Positions 1 through 11,286 are shown, numbered from the stretch's first letter. The stretch is 64,000 nucleotides of DNA from Marinilabiliales bacterium (GCA_963776205.1 CAVZLR010000003.1:108366-172365), one strand, 5' to 3'. Program-made: numbers and translations. Notes: a model not told the origin generated them from the letters alone.

Positions 1-1305
1 TATTCCTCCAAAGAAAAAGATTTTAAAATTTTAAGTAACCTGTTTCATACCGGGTCACATTTACCCAATGTGCAGCTTGTAACAGTTGACGGTACTGTTT
101 TTAAAAATGCAGGATCAGGTATTGTTAGTGAATTGGCATTCACCATGGCTATAGCCGCTGATTACCTAACTTATTTAACCGACAACGGTCACGACATAGA
201 TGAGATTGCTCCAAGGTTTCGATTCCATTTTGGTATTGGGTCCGATTATTTTATGGAAATCGCTAAATTCAGAGCAGCCCGGTATCTCTGGTCGAAAATA
301 GCTAATGCCTATGGTTTAAATGACGCCAATGCTGCCAAAACAAGAATCCATGCATCCAATGCCAGTTGGAACAAAACACTATATGATCCTTATGTAAATA
401 TGCTGAGAACAACTACAGAATCCATGTCAGCTATTTTAGGAGGGGTTCATTCGCTGAGTGTGTTGCCGTTTAACGAGGTATTTGAAAAAACGACCCCATT
501 TTCAGAGCGTATTGCACGCAATCAGCAACTGATATTAAAAGGGGAATCGTTTTTTGATAAAGTGGCTGACCCGGCTTCAGGCTCCTACTATATTGAAAAC
601 CTGACGGCCGAACTCATTCAGCATGCATGGGAACTTTTCCTCTTGGTTAATGAAAAAGGTGGATATTACGAAGCATTCCAGTTAGGCTTTATACAGGAAA
701 GAGTGCATAAAGAAGCCCAAAAGAAAAATATGGATATTGCTACCCGGAAGCAATCGATATTGGGTACCAATCAATATCCGAATACTTTGGAGCATATCAC
801 AAACCATAAATCGCTACAACAACAAAAAACCGGCACTTCAGGTATTGAAATTCTTACACCATACCGTGGCGCTGAAGCATTCGAAGAAATTCGTCTAAAA
901 ACTGACACTTTTACAAAAGATCATTCACGACCTAAAGTCTGGATGTTTACATATGGAAATCTCGCCATGAGGAAAGCCCGAGCCCAATTTGCCGGTAACT
1001 TTTTCGGATGCGCCGGATTTGAAATTATCGACAATCTCGGATTCCCGACAATTGAAAAAGGCATTCAGGCCGCCAAAGAAGCCAAACCTGATATCATTGT
1101 AATTTGCAGTTCGGATGAAGAATATGCAGAAATAGCGATCCCAGTTTATGAAGCGTTAAAAGATCAGGCTGTTGTTGTTTTGGCTGGTTATCCAATTGAG
1201 ACTGTCGATCAGTTCAAAGCAACAGGTCTTGACCATTTCATTCATCTTAAATCGAATGTACTGGAAGAACTTTCAAATTACCAGAAATTGATTGGAATCA
1301 AATAA
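1..1305 (+). CDS. mutA: methylmalonyl-CoA mutase small (beta) subunit, 5' end cut by window edge
   Basis: The frame is open from base 1, with no stop before the track start at 70. It shares a barrel motif with the next gene (FHFGIGSDYFMEIAKFRAARYLW vs [23 protein letters not shown]). The C-terminal Rossmann-like part (KPDIIVICSSDEEY) lacks the DxHxxG cobalamin ligand motif, as expected for the non-catalytic subunit. It ends 30 nt upstream of mutB. Confidence 0.8.
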   Translation, partial: YSSKEKDFKILSNLFHTGSHLPNVQLVTVDGTVFKNAGSGIVSELAFTMAIAADYLTYLTDNGHDIDEIAPRFRFHFGIGSDYFMEIAKFRAARYLWSKIANAYGLNDANAAKTRIHASNASWNKTLYDPYVNMLRTTTESMSAILGGVHSLSVLPFNEVFEKTTPFSERIARNQQLILKGESFFDKVADPASGSYYIENLTAELIQHAWELFLLVNEKGGYYEAFQLGFIQERVHKEAQKKNMDIATRKQSILGTNQYPNTLEHITNHKSLQQQKTGTSGIEILTPYRGAEAFEEIRLKTDTFTKDHSRPKVWMFTYGNLAMRKARAQFAGNFFGCAGFEIIDNLGFPTIEKGIQAAKEAKPDIIVICSSDEEYAEIAIPVYEALKDQAVVVLAGYPIETVDQFKATGLDHFIHLKSNVLEELSNYQKLIGIK

Positions 1306-1335
1306 ATATTGTAATTCAAAAATAATAGTTGAGCC

Positions 1336-3489
1336 ATGAAACCCAACTTTAAAAATATAAGCATCCACAGAACCCCGGAACCAAAGAAATCCACAGGAGA
1401 ATGGGAAAAGCAGCATCAGATTGAAGCTGACTGGAAAACCCCGGAGCAAATAGATGTAAAACGGGCCTACACCAAAGATGACCTCAAGGGCATGGAGCAC
1501 CTTCATTACGCAGCCGGATTGGCACCCTACCTGCGAGGCCCCTATTCTACCATGTATGTGACAAGGCCATGGACGGTCAGGCAATATGCCGGGTTTTCAA
1601 CGGCTGAGGAATCCAATGCTTTCTACCGTCGCAACCTGGCGGCAGGACAAAAAGGGCTTTCCGTTGCTTTCGACCTGGCTACACACCGCGGTTATGATTC
1701 TGATCATGAACGTGTGGTAGGTGATGTAGGTAAAGCGGGTGTTGCCATTGATTCCATACTGGATATGAATATCCTTTTCGATGAAATTCCGTTGAATAAA
1801 ATCTCCGTATCGATGACGATGAACGGTGCTGTGCTTCCGATAATGGCATTTTATATCGTTACGGCACTAGAACAAGGTGCCAAATTGGAAGAACTTTCAG
1901 GAACCATCCAGAATGATATTTTAAAGGAATTTATGGTTCGCAATACATATATCTATCCACCGGAACCGTCTATGAAGATTATTGCAGATATTTTCGAGTT
2001 CACTTCGAAGAATATGCCTAAATTTAATTCCATTTCGATTTCGGGTTATCATATTCAGGAAGCCGGGGCCACGGCGGATATCGAATTGGCTTATACACTT
2101 GCTGACGGACTTGATTATATAAGAACCGGAATTGCCGCAGGCTTAAGCATTGATGATTTCGCACCCCGATTGTCGTTTTTCTGGGGATTGGGTATGAACC
2201 ATTTTATGGAAATTGCCAAATTGCGTGCTGCCCGAATGTTATGGTCTAAAATTGTCAAACAGTTTGATCCGAAGAATCCAAAATCCATGGCCCTGAGAAC
2301 ACACACCCAAACATCAGGCTGGAGTTTGACGGAACAGGATCCTTTTAACAATGTAGCCAGAACCTGTGTTGAAGCTATGGGTGCTGCATTGGGACACACG
2401 CAATCGCTGCACACTAATGCCCTGGATGAAGCTATCGCTTTGCCTACTGATTTTTCAGCAAGAATTGCACGAAATACCCAAATTTATTTGCAGGAAGAAA
2501 CTAATATTTGCCGGCAGGTGGATCCTTGGGCTGGTTCCTATTATGTGGAAAAACTCACCGACGAATTAGTACACAAAGCCTGGGCGCTCATCCAGGAAGT
2601 GGAAGAAATGGGCGGCATGTCGAAAGCCATTGAAACCGGTTTGCCAAAAATGCGAATCGAAGAAGCGGCAGCCCGTAAACAGGCGCGCATTGACTCGCAT
2701 AAAGACGTTATTGTAGGAGTAAATAAATACCGTTTAGAAAAAGAAGATCCATTAGAAACGCTGGACATTGACAATACAGCCGTTCGTGAAGCCCAATTGA
2801 AACGTCTGGCCAAACTTCGTGTTGAAAGAAACGAGCAGGAAGTTCAGCAAAGCCTGGAAGCCATCACAAAAGCCTGTGAGACTGGTAAAGGCAACTTATT
2901 GGCCCTGGCTGTTGATGCAGCACAAAAGCGTGCTACGCTTGGTGAAATATCATTCGCCTGCGAAAAAGTTTACGGTCGTTATAAAGCCGTCATCCGCTCT
3001 ATTTCTGGTGTTTATTCTTCTGAAGCAGGACAGGAAGGCTCCTTTAAAGAAGCACATCAACTGGCGGATGAGTTTGCTGAACTGGAAGGTCGTCGTCCCC
3101 GTATTATGATCGCTAAAATGGGGCAGGACGGTCACGACCGCGGCGCTAAAGTGGTCGCCACCGGATACGCTGACATTGGATTTGATGTGGATATTGGACC
3201 TCTATTCCAAACCCCGGCAGAAGCGGCAAGGCAAGCTATTGAAAATGATGTACATATATTAGGTGTATCCAGTCTGGCAGCCGGTCATAAAACCCTCGTA
3301 CCACAGGTAATTGAGGAATTAAAAAAACTAGGACGTGAAGATATAATGGTAATCGTAGGTGGTGTGATCCCGGCTCAGGATTATCAATTTTTATATGACG
3401 CAGGTGTTGTTGCCATCTTCGGGCCAGGAACCGTAATTTCGGAAGCCGGTGTGAAAATGCTGGAATTACTTATTGAATCCAGGAAGTAA
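1336..3489 (+). CDS. mutB: methylmalonyl-CoA mutase large (alpha) subunit, B12-dependent
   Basis: 717 aa. Carries hallmark MCM motifs [47 protein letters not shown]. The C-terminal B12-binding domain has the DxHxxG motif ([11 protein letters not shown]). Confidence 0.95.
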   Translation: MKPNFKNISIHRTPEPKKSTGEWEKQHQIEADWKTPEQIDVKRAYTKDDLKGMEHLHYAAGLAPYLRGPYSTMYVTRPWTVRQYAGFSTAEESNAFYRRNLAAGQKGLSVAFDLATHRGYDSDHERVVGDVGKAGVAIDSILDMNILFDEIPLNKISVSMTMNGAVLPIMAFYIVTALEQGAKLEELSGTIQNDILKEFMVRNTYIYPPEPSMKIIADIFEFTSKNMPKFNSISISGYHIQEAGATADIELAYTLADGLDYIRTGIAAGLSIDDFAPRLSFFWGLGMNHFMEIAKLRAARMLWSKIVKQFDPKNPKSMALRTHTQTSGWSLTEQDPFNNVARTCVEAMGAALGHTQSLHTNALDEAIALPTDFSARIARNTQIYLQEETNICRQVDPWAGSYYVEKLTDELVHKAWALIQEVEEMGGMSKAIETGLPKMRIEEAAARKQARIDSHKDVIVGVNKYRLEKEDPLETLDIDNTAVREAQLKRLAKLRVERNEQEVQQSLEAITKACETGKGNLLALAVDAAQKRATLGEISFACEKVYGRYKAVIRSISGVYSSEAGQEGSFKEAHQLADEFAELEGRRPRIMIAKMGQDGHDRGAKVVATGYADIGFDVDIGPLFQTPAEAARQAIENDVHILGVSSLAAGHKTLVPQVIEELKKLGREDIMVIVGGVIPAQDYQFLYDAGVVAIFGPGTVISEAGVKMLELLIESRK

Positions 3490-3533
3490 TTAATTTCTGT
3501 TTTTCAATTTATTGCTGAAAAATCTCAATCATT

Positions 3534-4809
3534 ATGAGAAGTGTTTTCATTATTTTTTTTCTAATCCATATTTTCTTTGCCAAAAGTCAGGATACCTTAA
3601 CTGTAGTACACTACAACCTGCTGAATTATGGCAATACCACAAGCTATTGCACGAGTGTAAACAATAATATAAACGAGAAAGACGGCCATCTTAAAACCAT
3701 CATCAATTATTTAAAACCTGATATCTTTACAGTTAATGAAATTGGCAAATCGCAGTCGGTTCATCAGCATTTACTGGACCAGGTTTTGAATAAATCAGAA
3801 GTAGATTATTACCGGAAAGCAGACTTTTTAAAAATCGCTGATTCATACCTTGTAAATATGCTGTATTACAATTCCGAAAAACTACAACTGTATTCGCACG
3901 CCATTGCACAAAGCCTTATCAGGGATGTGGATGTTTACAAATTGTATTATAAATCAGATGACTTGGTTGCAGGTGATACGGCCTTTTATAATTTGTGTGG
4001 TATCCCATCTAAAAGCAGGAAGTGATGATGCTGATCTCCGTACTTCAATGGCCCAAAATACCATGGAATTCCTGGACACTTATGATGATAATAACAATTA
4101 CCTGATGATGGGTGATTTTAACCTCTACTCGCACCTGGAAGGTGCTTACCAGTCATTTCTTACTTATGAAAATGAAAGTTTGAGATTTAATGACCCAGTA
4201 AATCAATATGGCAACTGGCATAACAATATCGATTACAGCGATTATCATACCCAATCTACACACACTTCATCAAATGGTTGTGCTTCAACTGGGGGTATGG
4301 ATGACCGGTTCGATTTTATTTTGATCTCCAACAATATCAAAGATGGAACAAAATTGGTACATTATATTGAGGATAGCTATTGGGCAGTTGGACAAGACGG
4401 ACAACACTTTAACAGGGCTCTGAATTCTTCCCCAACCAATACCAGCGTTCCACCAGAAGTATTGGATGCCCTTTATAATAATTCAGATCATTTGCCGGTG
4501 ATGATGAAACTTTATGTTGACAAAACCCTGGGAATTAAAGAATTCAACTCAAATTTATTTGATCATGTTTCTCTCACAAATCCTTCCCAAAATCAGCTGG
4601 ATTTAAAGATTGGAGTAAAAATTCCCAGCAATGCCCAACTACAGGTTTACAATATTTACGGGCACCTTCTATTACAAAATGAACTTCATTTGCATAGCGG
4701 AGAAAATAAAATTTCAGAATCAATTCAATGGTTTAAACCCGGTATGTATATTGTCCGGTTAAAGGATGAAAACTCGAATATATTAGTTTTAAAACTTATA
4801 AAGAATTAA
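3534..4809 (+). pseudogene. endonuclease/exonuclease/phosphatase (EEP) family secreted protein with T9SS C-terminal domain, split by a 1-nt frameshift
   Basis: ORFs 3534..4025 and 3904..4809 are the two halves of one EEP protein. The N-terminal half has a signal peptide and LTVVHYNLLNYG. The C-terminal half has VVSHLKAGS, MMGDFN, DDRFDFILIS and SDHLPVMMKL. The frame changes at the T4 run at 3984..3987. The tail (LQVYNIYGHLL...GMYIVRL) is a type-A T9SS sorting domain. Confidence 0.8.
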
Positions 4810-5423
4810 AATTTAGCCGACTTTTTCTTTTTTTCGTAATGGGCCAGGCCTTCCTCGGTGGCAATACTCTTAACAAAATTTTCAAACATCTGATCGAATA
4901 ATTTTCGGAAAGAAAACTCCTCGGGTGGAAAATTATCCGGATCATGCAGATCAAGCAATCGGCTGATATATCTTCTTGCTACCAATTCCGTGCTCACATC
5001 ATTGCGGTAAAAACCACTCATGATCCCTTTTTGAAGATTTACGTTAATCTTCATGTAAATAAAGTCGATTCTCTTTTGAATATGTTCCTGGTAAACTTCA
5101 GGATATATGTCCTTCCACTCATAAGTTACAGATGGACTCAGGCTAAAGAACTTACCTGCCATTTCCTTGCTCACCGTAAAAAGAATATCAATGGCATCAT
5201 AATAACCATCAAAATCATGATCCACAAAAATTTCTTCGAATTTTTTTCTCTCCTCGGTGAGGATATCAGTAACCAGATCAATATCTTTGGTATAATACTT
5301 ATTTAAAAGATCAATTGATATTGAATCATTTTGACGAAGCTTTGCCAGGGAAATCTCTCCTACTCCTTTCTTATTGGCAATATCCCGGATGGTTTGCAGT
5401 AATGTTAACCTCTCGTCATTCAT
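4806..5423 (-). CDS. TetR/AcrR-like transcriptional regulator (divergent)
   Basis: 205 aa. The N-terminal HTH-like region is (GVGEISLAKLRQNDSISIDLLNKYYTKDIDLV). The whole length resembles the TetR gene at 60973..61584 (FYRNDVSTELVARRYI vs LYRNEINEELIARL). Confidence 0.55.
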   Translation of the reverse strand: MNDERLTLLQTIRDIANKKGVGEISLAKLRQNDSISIDLLNKYYTKDIDLVTDILTEERKKFEEIFVDHDFDGYYDAIDILFTVSKEMAGKFFSLSPSVTYEWKDIYPEVYQEHIQKRIDFIYMKINVNLQKGIMSGFYRNDVSTELVARRYISRLLDLHDPDNFPPEEFSFRKLFDQMFENFVKSIATEEGLAHYEKKKKSAKF

Positions 5424-5507
5424 AGAGTGAAACTAATGTAATGCAAACAAAAATAGAAAAATAAGCACAGCATAGTGTGCATTAGCAATAATGACTTATT
5501 AACCAAC

Positions 5508-7064
5508 TTATTCAACAAATAACATTTTGCGTTTTTGTATTTTATTTCGCTCACTTAAGGTAAAATAATATACGCCTGGGCTTAAATTATATGATTTTGG
5601 GTCAAACACTTCGATATATTTTCCGGTTTCTGTCATGCGGTTATCTTTCAATAGGGCTACTTGCCTTCCGTGCATATCATATACTGCTAAAGTTATATAT
5701 GAAGGTTCATGCAGTTTATAAGCAAAATTGGTTGTCTCCCTGAAAGGATTGGGGTAGTTTTGTTCGAGTGTGAATGGCATGGCTTCTGCTATTTCACTTG
5801 TTCCTACAGCAACATCCACTATAGCTGTCCACAATGATAACTGTCCATTTTGAAGCCTTGTCCAGATAGGCCTGACCTGACCATTATAAGCAGTAATATT
5901 TGTATAATCTCCAAAAAACACATTGCTTGATGGATAAAAAGGAGCTTCGCTAATTAGCACATTCTCAAAGGTTTCTCCGCCATCAGTTGAGCGAGCCATA
6001 TAAACATCTGTATTTCTGTCGTCATAGTTTCTACGATCGTAGAAAACAACATAAATATCTCCATTGGCTCCATCTATCGTCATCCAGCTAAAAAACTGTT
6101 GTTTGCCCGGAGGGTCATCATTCACCCGGATCGGTTCCGACCAGGTATCTCCACCGTCTGTTGATTTTGCGATCCATACATCCGTATCATCTTCCCCATT
6201 TCGCTGATCCGTCCAGTTCACATATATAGCGCCCCTGTTTTGAGAATAACTCAAATCGCAGCAAGTGATGGGCAAGCCATTACAACGGCTTATACCGGGT
6301 ATGTTATAATCCCAGCCGCCAGGCTGATCACTCACAAAAATATCATCTTCCAACCAGGTTTCACCACCGTCCAAAGAGCGATCGAAAACGATTCCTTCGG
6401 GTCCTGACCACGCCACATATACTTCTCCATCTGGTCCAACTGCTGGTACAGCTCCTTCCGTAGTATTATCACTATCAATACAATCACCTGACACCTCATT
6501 GATCTGCAGTGCATCTGACCAGGACATTCCTGCATCGGTTGATTTACTGAATAAGATATTGCTGAATTTGGAAGGGTCTGAAGTACCATACTGATCAAAC
6601 TGTGTCCATGTAACGTAAATGGTATTTGTGGCACTATCCACTACAGCCCATTCCTTATCCTGTGCTTTGGTTCCGTTTAAACCCATATAAGTTCCATCAT
6701 TCCATGTGCCGCTTTCAAAATCCAGTTTCTGGCATACAATCCTGTCAATCCAGTTGCCATCCTGCGGATTTGACAAGTGGAAATAATAAAAGTCACCTGC
6801 TGTATCGACAATGATGACCGGGTCGCCCCAAACACCATAAGCCTGAGAAACCAAATCACCCCTGGTCCAATTGTAACCTCCGTCTTCTGAAATATAATAA
6901 CTTTTTAGATTTGCCCCTGCCACCAGTTGATTTGGGTTTTTCGGGTTCATCATAATGGATGGTTCTTCAGGTAAATGTTCATCACTGATCATTACATTCT
7001 GATATTGTGCAAATGTTCCTCCAATAAATACCAAGAAAAGTAGGGTAATTGTAAATCGCTTCAT
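5508..7064 (-). CDS. BNR/Asp-box repeat (sialidase-fold beta-propeller) secreted protein with T9SS C-terminal domain
   Basis: Has a signal peptide and five SxDxGxTW-type Asp-boxes (SEDGGYNW, STDAGMSW, SLDGGETW, STDGGDTW, STDGGETF). The C-terminus (NYPNPFRETTNF...LSPGVYYFTL) is a T9SS CTD. Confidence 0.8.
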   Translation of the reverse strand: MKRFTITLLFLVFIGGTFAQYQNVMISDEHLPEEPSIMMNPKNPNQLVAGANLKSYYISEDGGYNWTRGDLVSQAYGVWGDPVIIVDTAGDFYYFHLSNPQDGNWIDRIVCQKLDFESGTWNDGTYMGLNGTKAQDKEWAVVDSATNTIYVTWTQFDQYGTSDPSKFSNILFSKSTDAGMSWSDALQINEVSGDCIDSDNTTEGAVPAVGPDGEVYVAWSGPEGIVFDRSLDGGETWLEDDIFVSDQPGGWDYNIPGISRCNGLPITCCDLSYSQNRGAIYVNWTDQRNGEDDTDVWIAKSTDGGDTWSEPIRVNDDPPGKQQFFSWMTIDGANGDIYVVFYDRRNYDDRNTDVYMARSTDGGETFENVLISEAPFYPSSNVFFGDYTNITAYNGQVRPIWTRLQNGQLSLWTAIVDVAVGTSEIAEAMPFTLEQNYPNPFRETTNFAYKLHEPSYITLAVYDMHGRQVALLKDNRMTETGKYIEVFDPKSYNLSPGVYYFTLSERNKIQKRKMLFVE

Positions 7065-7207
7065 TTACTTAAGCCTAATTTAATATTAATGGTTGCTTTC
7101 AATCGCTTCTTCCCAAGAAGAAGAACAAAGATAAACAACCTTTATAAATAATTCAAGTTTTTAAAACCGCCTGAAAATTAATGAACTGTGTAACCCGAAT
7201 TATTTCC

Positions 7208-7215
7208 TATTTTTG
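7208..7215 (+). promoter_or_regulatory. Bacteroidetes -7 promoter element (TATTTTTG) upstream of the DAACS-pfkA pair
   Basis: Matches the TAnnTTTG consensus and lies 24 nt before the ATG at 7239. Confidence 0.4.
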
Positions 7216-7238
7216 GGATAGATTCAACAACTGAAATT

Positions 7239-8648
7239 ATGCGGAAAATTGCCTTGCACTGGCAAATCCTTTTTGCTTTAATTATTGCCATTATTTATGG
7301 TCTTTCATTCCCTACGACATACGAAATCAATAAGAAAAGCTATAAGATTTTAACCCGAAACAATGTTCCTGTAAGTGTTCAAAACCAATTGGGTACGATG
7401 GATGGAAAGCAGTACGGCTCTATGACAGAATTTTTGAATGCTCTTGAAAGCTTGCCTGGCAATGAATTTGAAAAATATAAGAGTTCGATTTTAAAAGCAG
7501 CCTACTATAATCCGCCTGTTTCATACATCAGCTGGATGGGTGATCTTTTTATCCGCGCTCTGAAAATGCTTATTATTCCGCTTATCTTATCCTCACTTAT
7601 TTCGGGGATAACCAGCATTGGTTCCGGAAGCAACCTGGGAAGACTTGGATTGAAAACCCTCTTTTATTATGTGACAACCAGCCTGTTTGCAATTATCACC
7701 GGGCAGATACTGGTCAATATTTTCAAACCGGGTGTAGGTGCCAATATTCAATTTGTGCAGGAAGTGGAAGGGTTAATTGAAAAGCAGAAATCATTTACCG
7801 AGATCATCATTGAAATCGTTCCCGAGAATATCATGCAGTCTATGGTTAATAATGATATGCTGTCCATTATCTTCTTCGCCATCATTTTTGGGTTTTTTAT
7901 TACCAAAGTGGCCAAAAAATACAACCAGGTATTGCAGGATTTCTTTACGGCCATTTTTGAGGTAATGATGAAAGTGACTCTGTTTGTAATCAAATTTACA
8001 CCTCTCGGTATTTTTGGAATTGTGGCAAAAACCATTGCTGACCAGGAAGACTTAGGTGGACTTGTGTCAAGCATGGGTTTGTATATGCTTACCGTGATAC
8101 TAGCGTTGGCCATCCACGCAATTATTACATTACCTATCATTATGAAGTTTATTGGTAAGGCGAATCCGCTGAAGCATTTAAAAAATATGACAACACCATT
8201 GTTAACTGCATTTTCCACCTCTTCTTCAGGAGCGACCCTACCCTTAACTATTCAAGCTGTTGAGGAAAATTCGGGTGTGTCTAATAAAATAAGCAGTTTC
8301 ACTTTGCCATTGGGTGCAACTGTAAACATGGACGGAACAGCCCTTTATGAATGCATCGCAGCTATTTTTATAGCACAAGCTTATGGTATTGACCTCAGCT
8401 TTGTTCAACAGTTAATTATTGTTGTAACAGCTTTATTGGCCTCCATAGGCGCTGCCGCTATCCCAATGGCCGGCCTGGTGATGATCACGGTTATATTAAC
8501 AGCGGTTGGCCTTCCGCTGGAGGGTGTGGGACTGATACTTGCAGTTGACAGAATTATTGACATGTTTCGGACTTCTGTAAATGTCTGGAGTGATAGCTGC
8601 GGCGCCGTTATTATTGCCAAATCAGAAGGCGAAAAAACAAACGTTTAA
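7239..8648 (+). CDS. dicarboxylate/amino acid:cation symporter (DAACS/GltP family)
   Basis: 469 aa polytopic protein. Family motifs are present: FIRALKMLIIPLI, SSSGATLPLT, GATVNMDGTALYE and DRIIDMFRTSVNVWSD. Confidence 0.9.
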   Translation: MRKIALHWQILFALIIAIIYGLSFPTTYEINKKSYKILTRNNVPVSVQNQLGTMDGKQYGSMTEFLNALESLPGNEFEKYKSSILKAAYYNPPVSYISWMGDLFIRALKMLIIPLILSSLISGITSIGSGSNLGRLGLKTLFYYVTTSLFAIITGQILVNIFKPGVGANIQFVQEVEGLIEKQKSFTEIIIEIVPENIMQSMVNNDMLSIIFFAIIFGFFITKVAKKYNQVLQDFFTAIFEVMMKVTLFVIKFTPLGIFGIVAKTIADQEDLGGLVSSMGLYMLTVILALAIHAIITLPIIMKFIGKANPLKHLKNMTTPLLTAFSTSSSGATLPLTIQAVEENSGVSNKISSFTLPLGATVNMDGTALYECIAAIFIAQAYGIDLSFVQQLIIVVTALLASIGAAAIPMAGLVMITVILTAVGLPLEGVGLILAVDRIIDMFRTSVNVWSDSCGAVIIAKSEGEKTNV

Positions 8649-8653
8649 ATTCA

Positions 8654-9688
8654 ATGATCATGGATAAAAAAAACAAACGAATTGGTATCTTAACTGCTGG
8701 TGGCGATTGTCCAGGCTTGAATGCTGCCATCAGGGGTGTGGGCAAAACTGCCATCGTAAAATACAATATGGAAGTGATTGGCTTTTCTTCAGGATTTCTG
8801 GGATTGATCAATAAGGATTATTTTAAACTTGAAGAAAAAATGTTATCCGGTATCCTGACCTTGGGTGGTACTATTTTAGGTACATCCAGGGAGAAGCCAT
8901 TCAAAAAAAGCGGCCAATTATCTATCAACAAGCCAAAACTGATTAAGGAGCATTACAACCAGCTGGGGTTGGATTGTCTTGTTTGCATTGGAGGCAACGG
9001 CACTCAAAAAACTGCTGCCGGATTGGTCGAAGAAGGTTTGAATATAATCGGTTTGCCCAAAACCATTGATAACGATGTTTGGGGAACGGATGAAACTTTT
9101 GGTTTTGATTCGGCCTTATGGATCGCTACAGATGCCATCGACCGCCTGCACTCTACTGCCAACTCACACAAACGCATAATGGTTATTGAAATTATGGGGC
9201 ATAACGCCGGATGGCTCACTTTATATGCGGGTATGGCCGGTGGTGGTGATGTAATTCTCATTCCGGAACTTGATTATGACATAGACAAGGTAAATAAGTA
9301 TTTATTGAATCGGGCTAAAAAGAAAAAACCATATTCAATTGTTGTGATTGCGGAAGGGATTAACAAACATAAAAGAGATTCTGCTGCTACTTATATTGCT
9401 GCCCAGATTGAAAAAGGTACCCGAATTGAGACCCGAAAAACCATTCTTGGTTATATTCAGAGAGGAGGCAGCCCGTCACCCTACGACCGATTACTTGCTA
9501 CTAGTTTTGGAGCGCATGCTGTTGAACTCATCGCCAAAGATGATTATGGAAAAATGGTGATTAAAAAAGGAGATTCCATTTCTGACATTCCACTATCAGA
9601 AGTTGGCAGTAATGTACGTTTGGTGCCCAAGGATCATCCAATGATTCATAGGGCGCTTGGATTGGATATTTGCATGGGAATAAAATAA
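8654..9688 (+). CDS. pfkA: 6-phosphofructokinase (PfkA family)
   Basis: Motifs GILTAGGDCPGLNAAIRGV, IGGNGT, PKTIDNDV, MGHNAGWL and LGYIQRGG. Starts 5 nt after the symporter stop. Confidence 0.9.
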   Translation: MIMDKKNKRIGILTAGGDCPGLNAAIRGVGKTAIVKYNMEVIGFSSGFLGLINKDYFKLEEKMLSGILTLGGTILGTSREKPFKKSGQLSINKPKLIKEHYNQLGLDCLVCIGGNGTQKTAAGLVEEGLNIIGLPKTIDNDVWGTDETFGFDSALWIATDAIDRLHSTANSHKRIMVIEIMGHNAGWLTLYAGMAGGGDVILIPELDYDIDKVNKYLLNRAKKKKPYSIVVIAEGINKHKRDSAATYIAAQIEKGTRIETRKTILGYIQRGGSPSPYDRLLATSFGAHAVELIAKDDYGKMVIKKGDSISDIPLSEVGSNVRLVPKDHPMIHRALGLDICMGIK

Positions 9689-9690
9689 TC

Positions 9691-11286
9691 TTAAAACCCA
9701 TCCAGTTGCATCGTGACGGTGGGTATCAATAGCAACCACCCCAAAATAATGAGTATCAGCATAAAAGGAGCAATCCATTTCACCCATTTATCGTAAGGAA
9801 TTCTCGCCACACCTAACACACCTATCAATACACCTGACGTAGGCGTGATCATATTGGTAAATCCATCCCCAAACTGGAAAGCCACCACCGTTGCCTGCCT
9901 TGAAAGATTAACAAGGTCAGAAAAAGGCGCCATTACTGGCATAGTTAGCGCAGCTTTGGCAGACCCGGAAGGGATGATTACATTGATAAAAGTCTGTATA
10001 ACGTACATCACACTTACCGTTCCCAGTTTTCCCATACCCTCCATCGAAGTGGAAACTTTATATAAAATGGTGTCGATGATTTTTCCGTCTTCCAAAATTA
10101 CCAATATACCACCCGCCAGCCCTACAACCAGCGCTGCAGATAGAATATCCCTGGACCCTTCCAGAAATTCTTTGGTGATGCGGTTCCCATTATAATTCAT
10201 TGCAATTCCAGAAAAGATACCCATGGCAAAAAATAAACCGGCAATCTCTTCAATATACCAGCCATAACCCATCACACCTACAACTAAAAAAACGATGGTA
10301 AAACCCAATAGGTTTAAAACGAAAAAGTGGGCAGATTTCCGAAGTGAAAAAATACCTGAAATAACAAAAAGTGCAGTCGCTACAGGGACCATAGGCAATG
10401 AACGGGAGGCATTCCCAATTTTCATCAGGGTCATGGGGTAATAAACTGAAAAGGCAGCCAATGCCAATGAAATAGCTACAAAAACGACCCATGCAGCTAC
10501 AGGAGTATTATACTGAATGGCTTCTTCATCAACAGATCCTCTCTTTCTCCAATATTCATCCTCTTCATATACCAATGATGATTCAGGATGTTTTTTAACT
10601 TTAGCAGCATAGCGCAATACCCAGGCAATCCCAAAAATATTCAGAACAAACCAGCAAAAAGTTCTGTATCCGAAACCAGAGAAAAGAGGTAAATCTGCAA
10701 TTCCCTGCGCAATGCCAATCGTAAATGGATTTAACATGGCTCCTGCAAAGCCTAAGCCTGCAGCCACAAATACCATATTTACACCCACTATCGAGTCGTA
10801 ACCCATAGAAATGGCCAATGGCACAAGAATTATTATGAATGCAATGGTTTCCTCACTCATGCCGAATACGGCGCCAAAAATGCTGAAAACCAGCATCACC
10901 ATAGTGATAATGATGTTATTAACGCCAACGACTCTCAGCAACTTATTTCTTTCCAGTTTCCTGGTATATTTTAAAAATGAAAGTATGCCAATATCAATGG
11001 CCTTGCTGCTGTTTACAATCCAGAACGCGCCACCAATCATGATAATGAAAACGATAATCCCTGCCTGGTTTTCGAACCCTTTAAAAAAGGCGATAAAAAT
11101 CTGCCAGGTTTGCACTTCGCTATCCATGTAATGAAAGGAATCTTTATCTATTACTGTTCTCTCAACACCATTTACTATTACTTGTTGACGGTCGTATTCA
11201 CCTCCGGGAATGAACCACGTCATGATAGCACCGATAACAATGATGGAAAAAATGATAACGTATGTGTGTGGGATTTTCCTGGTCAT
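9691..11286 (-). CDS. YfcC/DcuC-family membrane transporter (putative basic amino acid antiporter type)
   Basis: 531 aa polytopic protein. Long stretches resemble E. coli YfcC as I recall it (PHTYVIIFSIIV..., SGSAKAALTMPVMAPFSDLVNLSRQATVVAFQFGDGFTNMITPTSG). Confidence 0.85.
   Translation of the reverse strand: MTRKIPHTYVIIFSIIVIGAIMTWFIPGGEYDRQQVIVNGVERTVIDKDSFHYMDSEVQTWQIFIAFFKGFENQAGIIVFIIMIGGAFWIVNSSKAIDIGILSFLKYTRKLERNKLLRVVGVNNIIITMVMLVFSIFGAVFGMSEETIAFIIILVPLAISMGYDSIVGVNMVFVAAGLGFAGAMLNPFTIGIAQGIADLPLFSGFGYRTFCWFVLNIFGIAWVLRYAAKVKKHPESSLVYEEDEYWRKRGSVDEEAIQYNTPVAAWVVFVAISLALAAFSVYYPMTLMKIGNASRSLPMVPVATALFVISGIFSLRKSAHFFVLNLLGFTIVFLVVGVMGYGWYIEEIAGLFFAMGIFSGIAMNYNGNRITKEFLEGSRDILSAALVVGLAGGILVILEDGKIIDTILYKVSTSMEGMGKLGTVSVMYVIQTFINVIIPSGSAKAALTMPVMAPFSDLVNLSRQATVVAFQFGDGFTNMITPTSGVLIGVLGVARIPYDKWVKWIAPFMLILIILGWLLLIPTVTMQLDGF

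Noticed and set aside
1-69. Possible B12 riboswitch or promoter for the mutAB operon.
   Set aside because: The mutA reading frame is already open at base 1, so the 5' region lies outside the window and cannot be assessed.
3904-4809. The track ORF starting with Met at 3904, considered as an independent gene overlapping 3534..4025.
   Set aside because: Its first 30 or so residues are out-of-frame read-through of the upstream ORF. The EEP motifs are distributed across both ORFs, so this is one gene with a frameshift.
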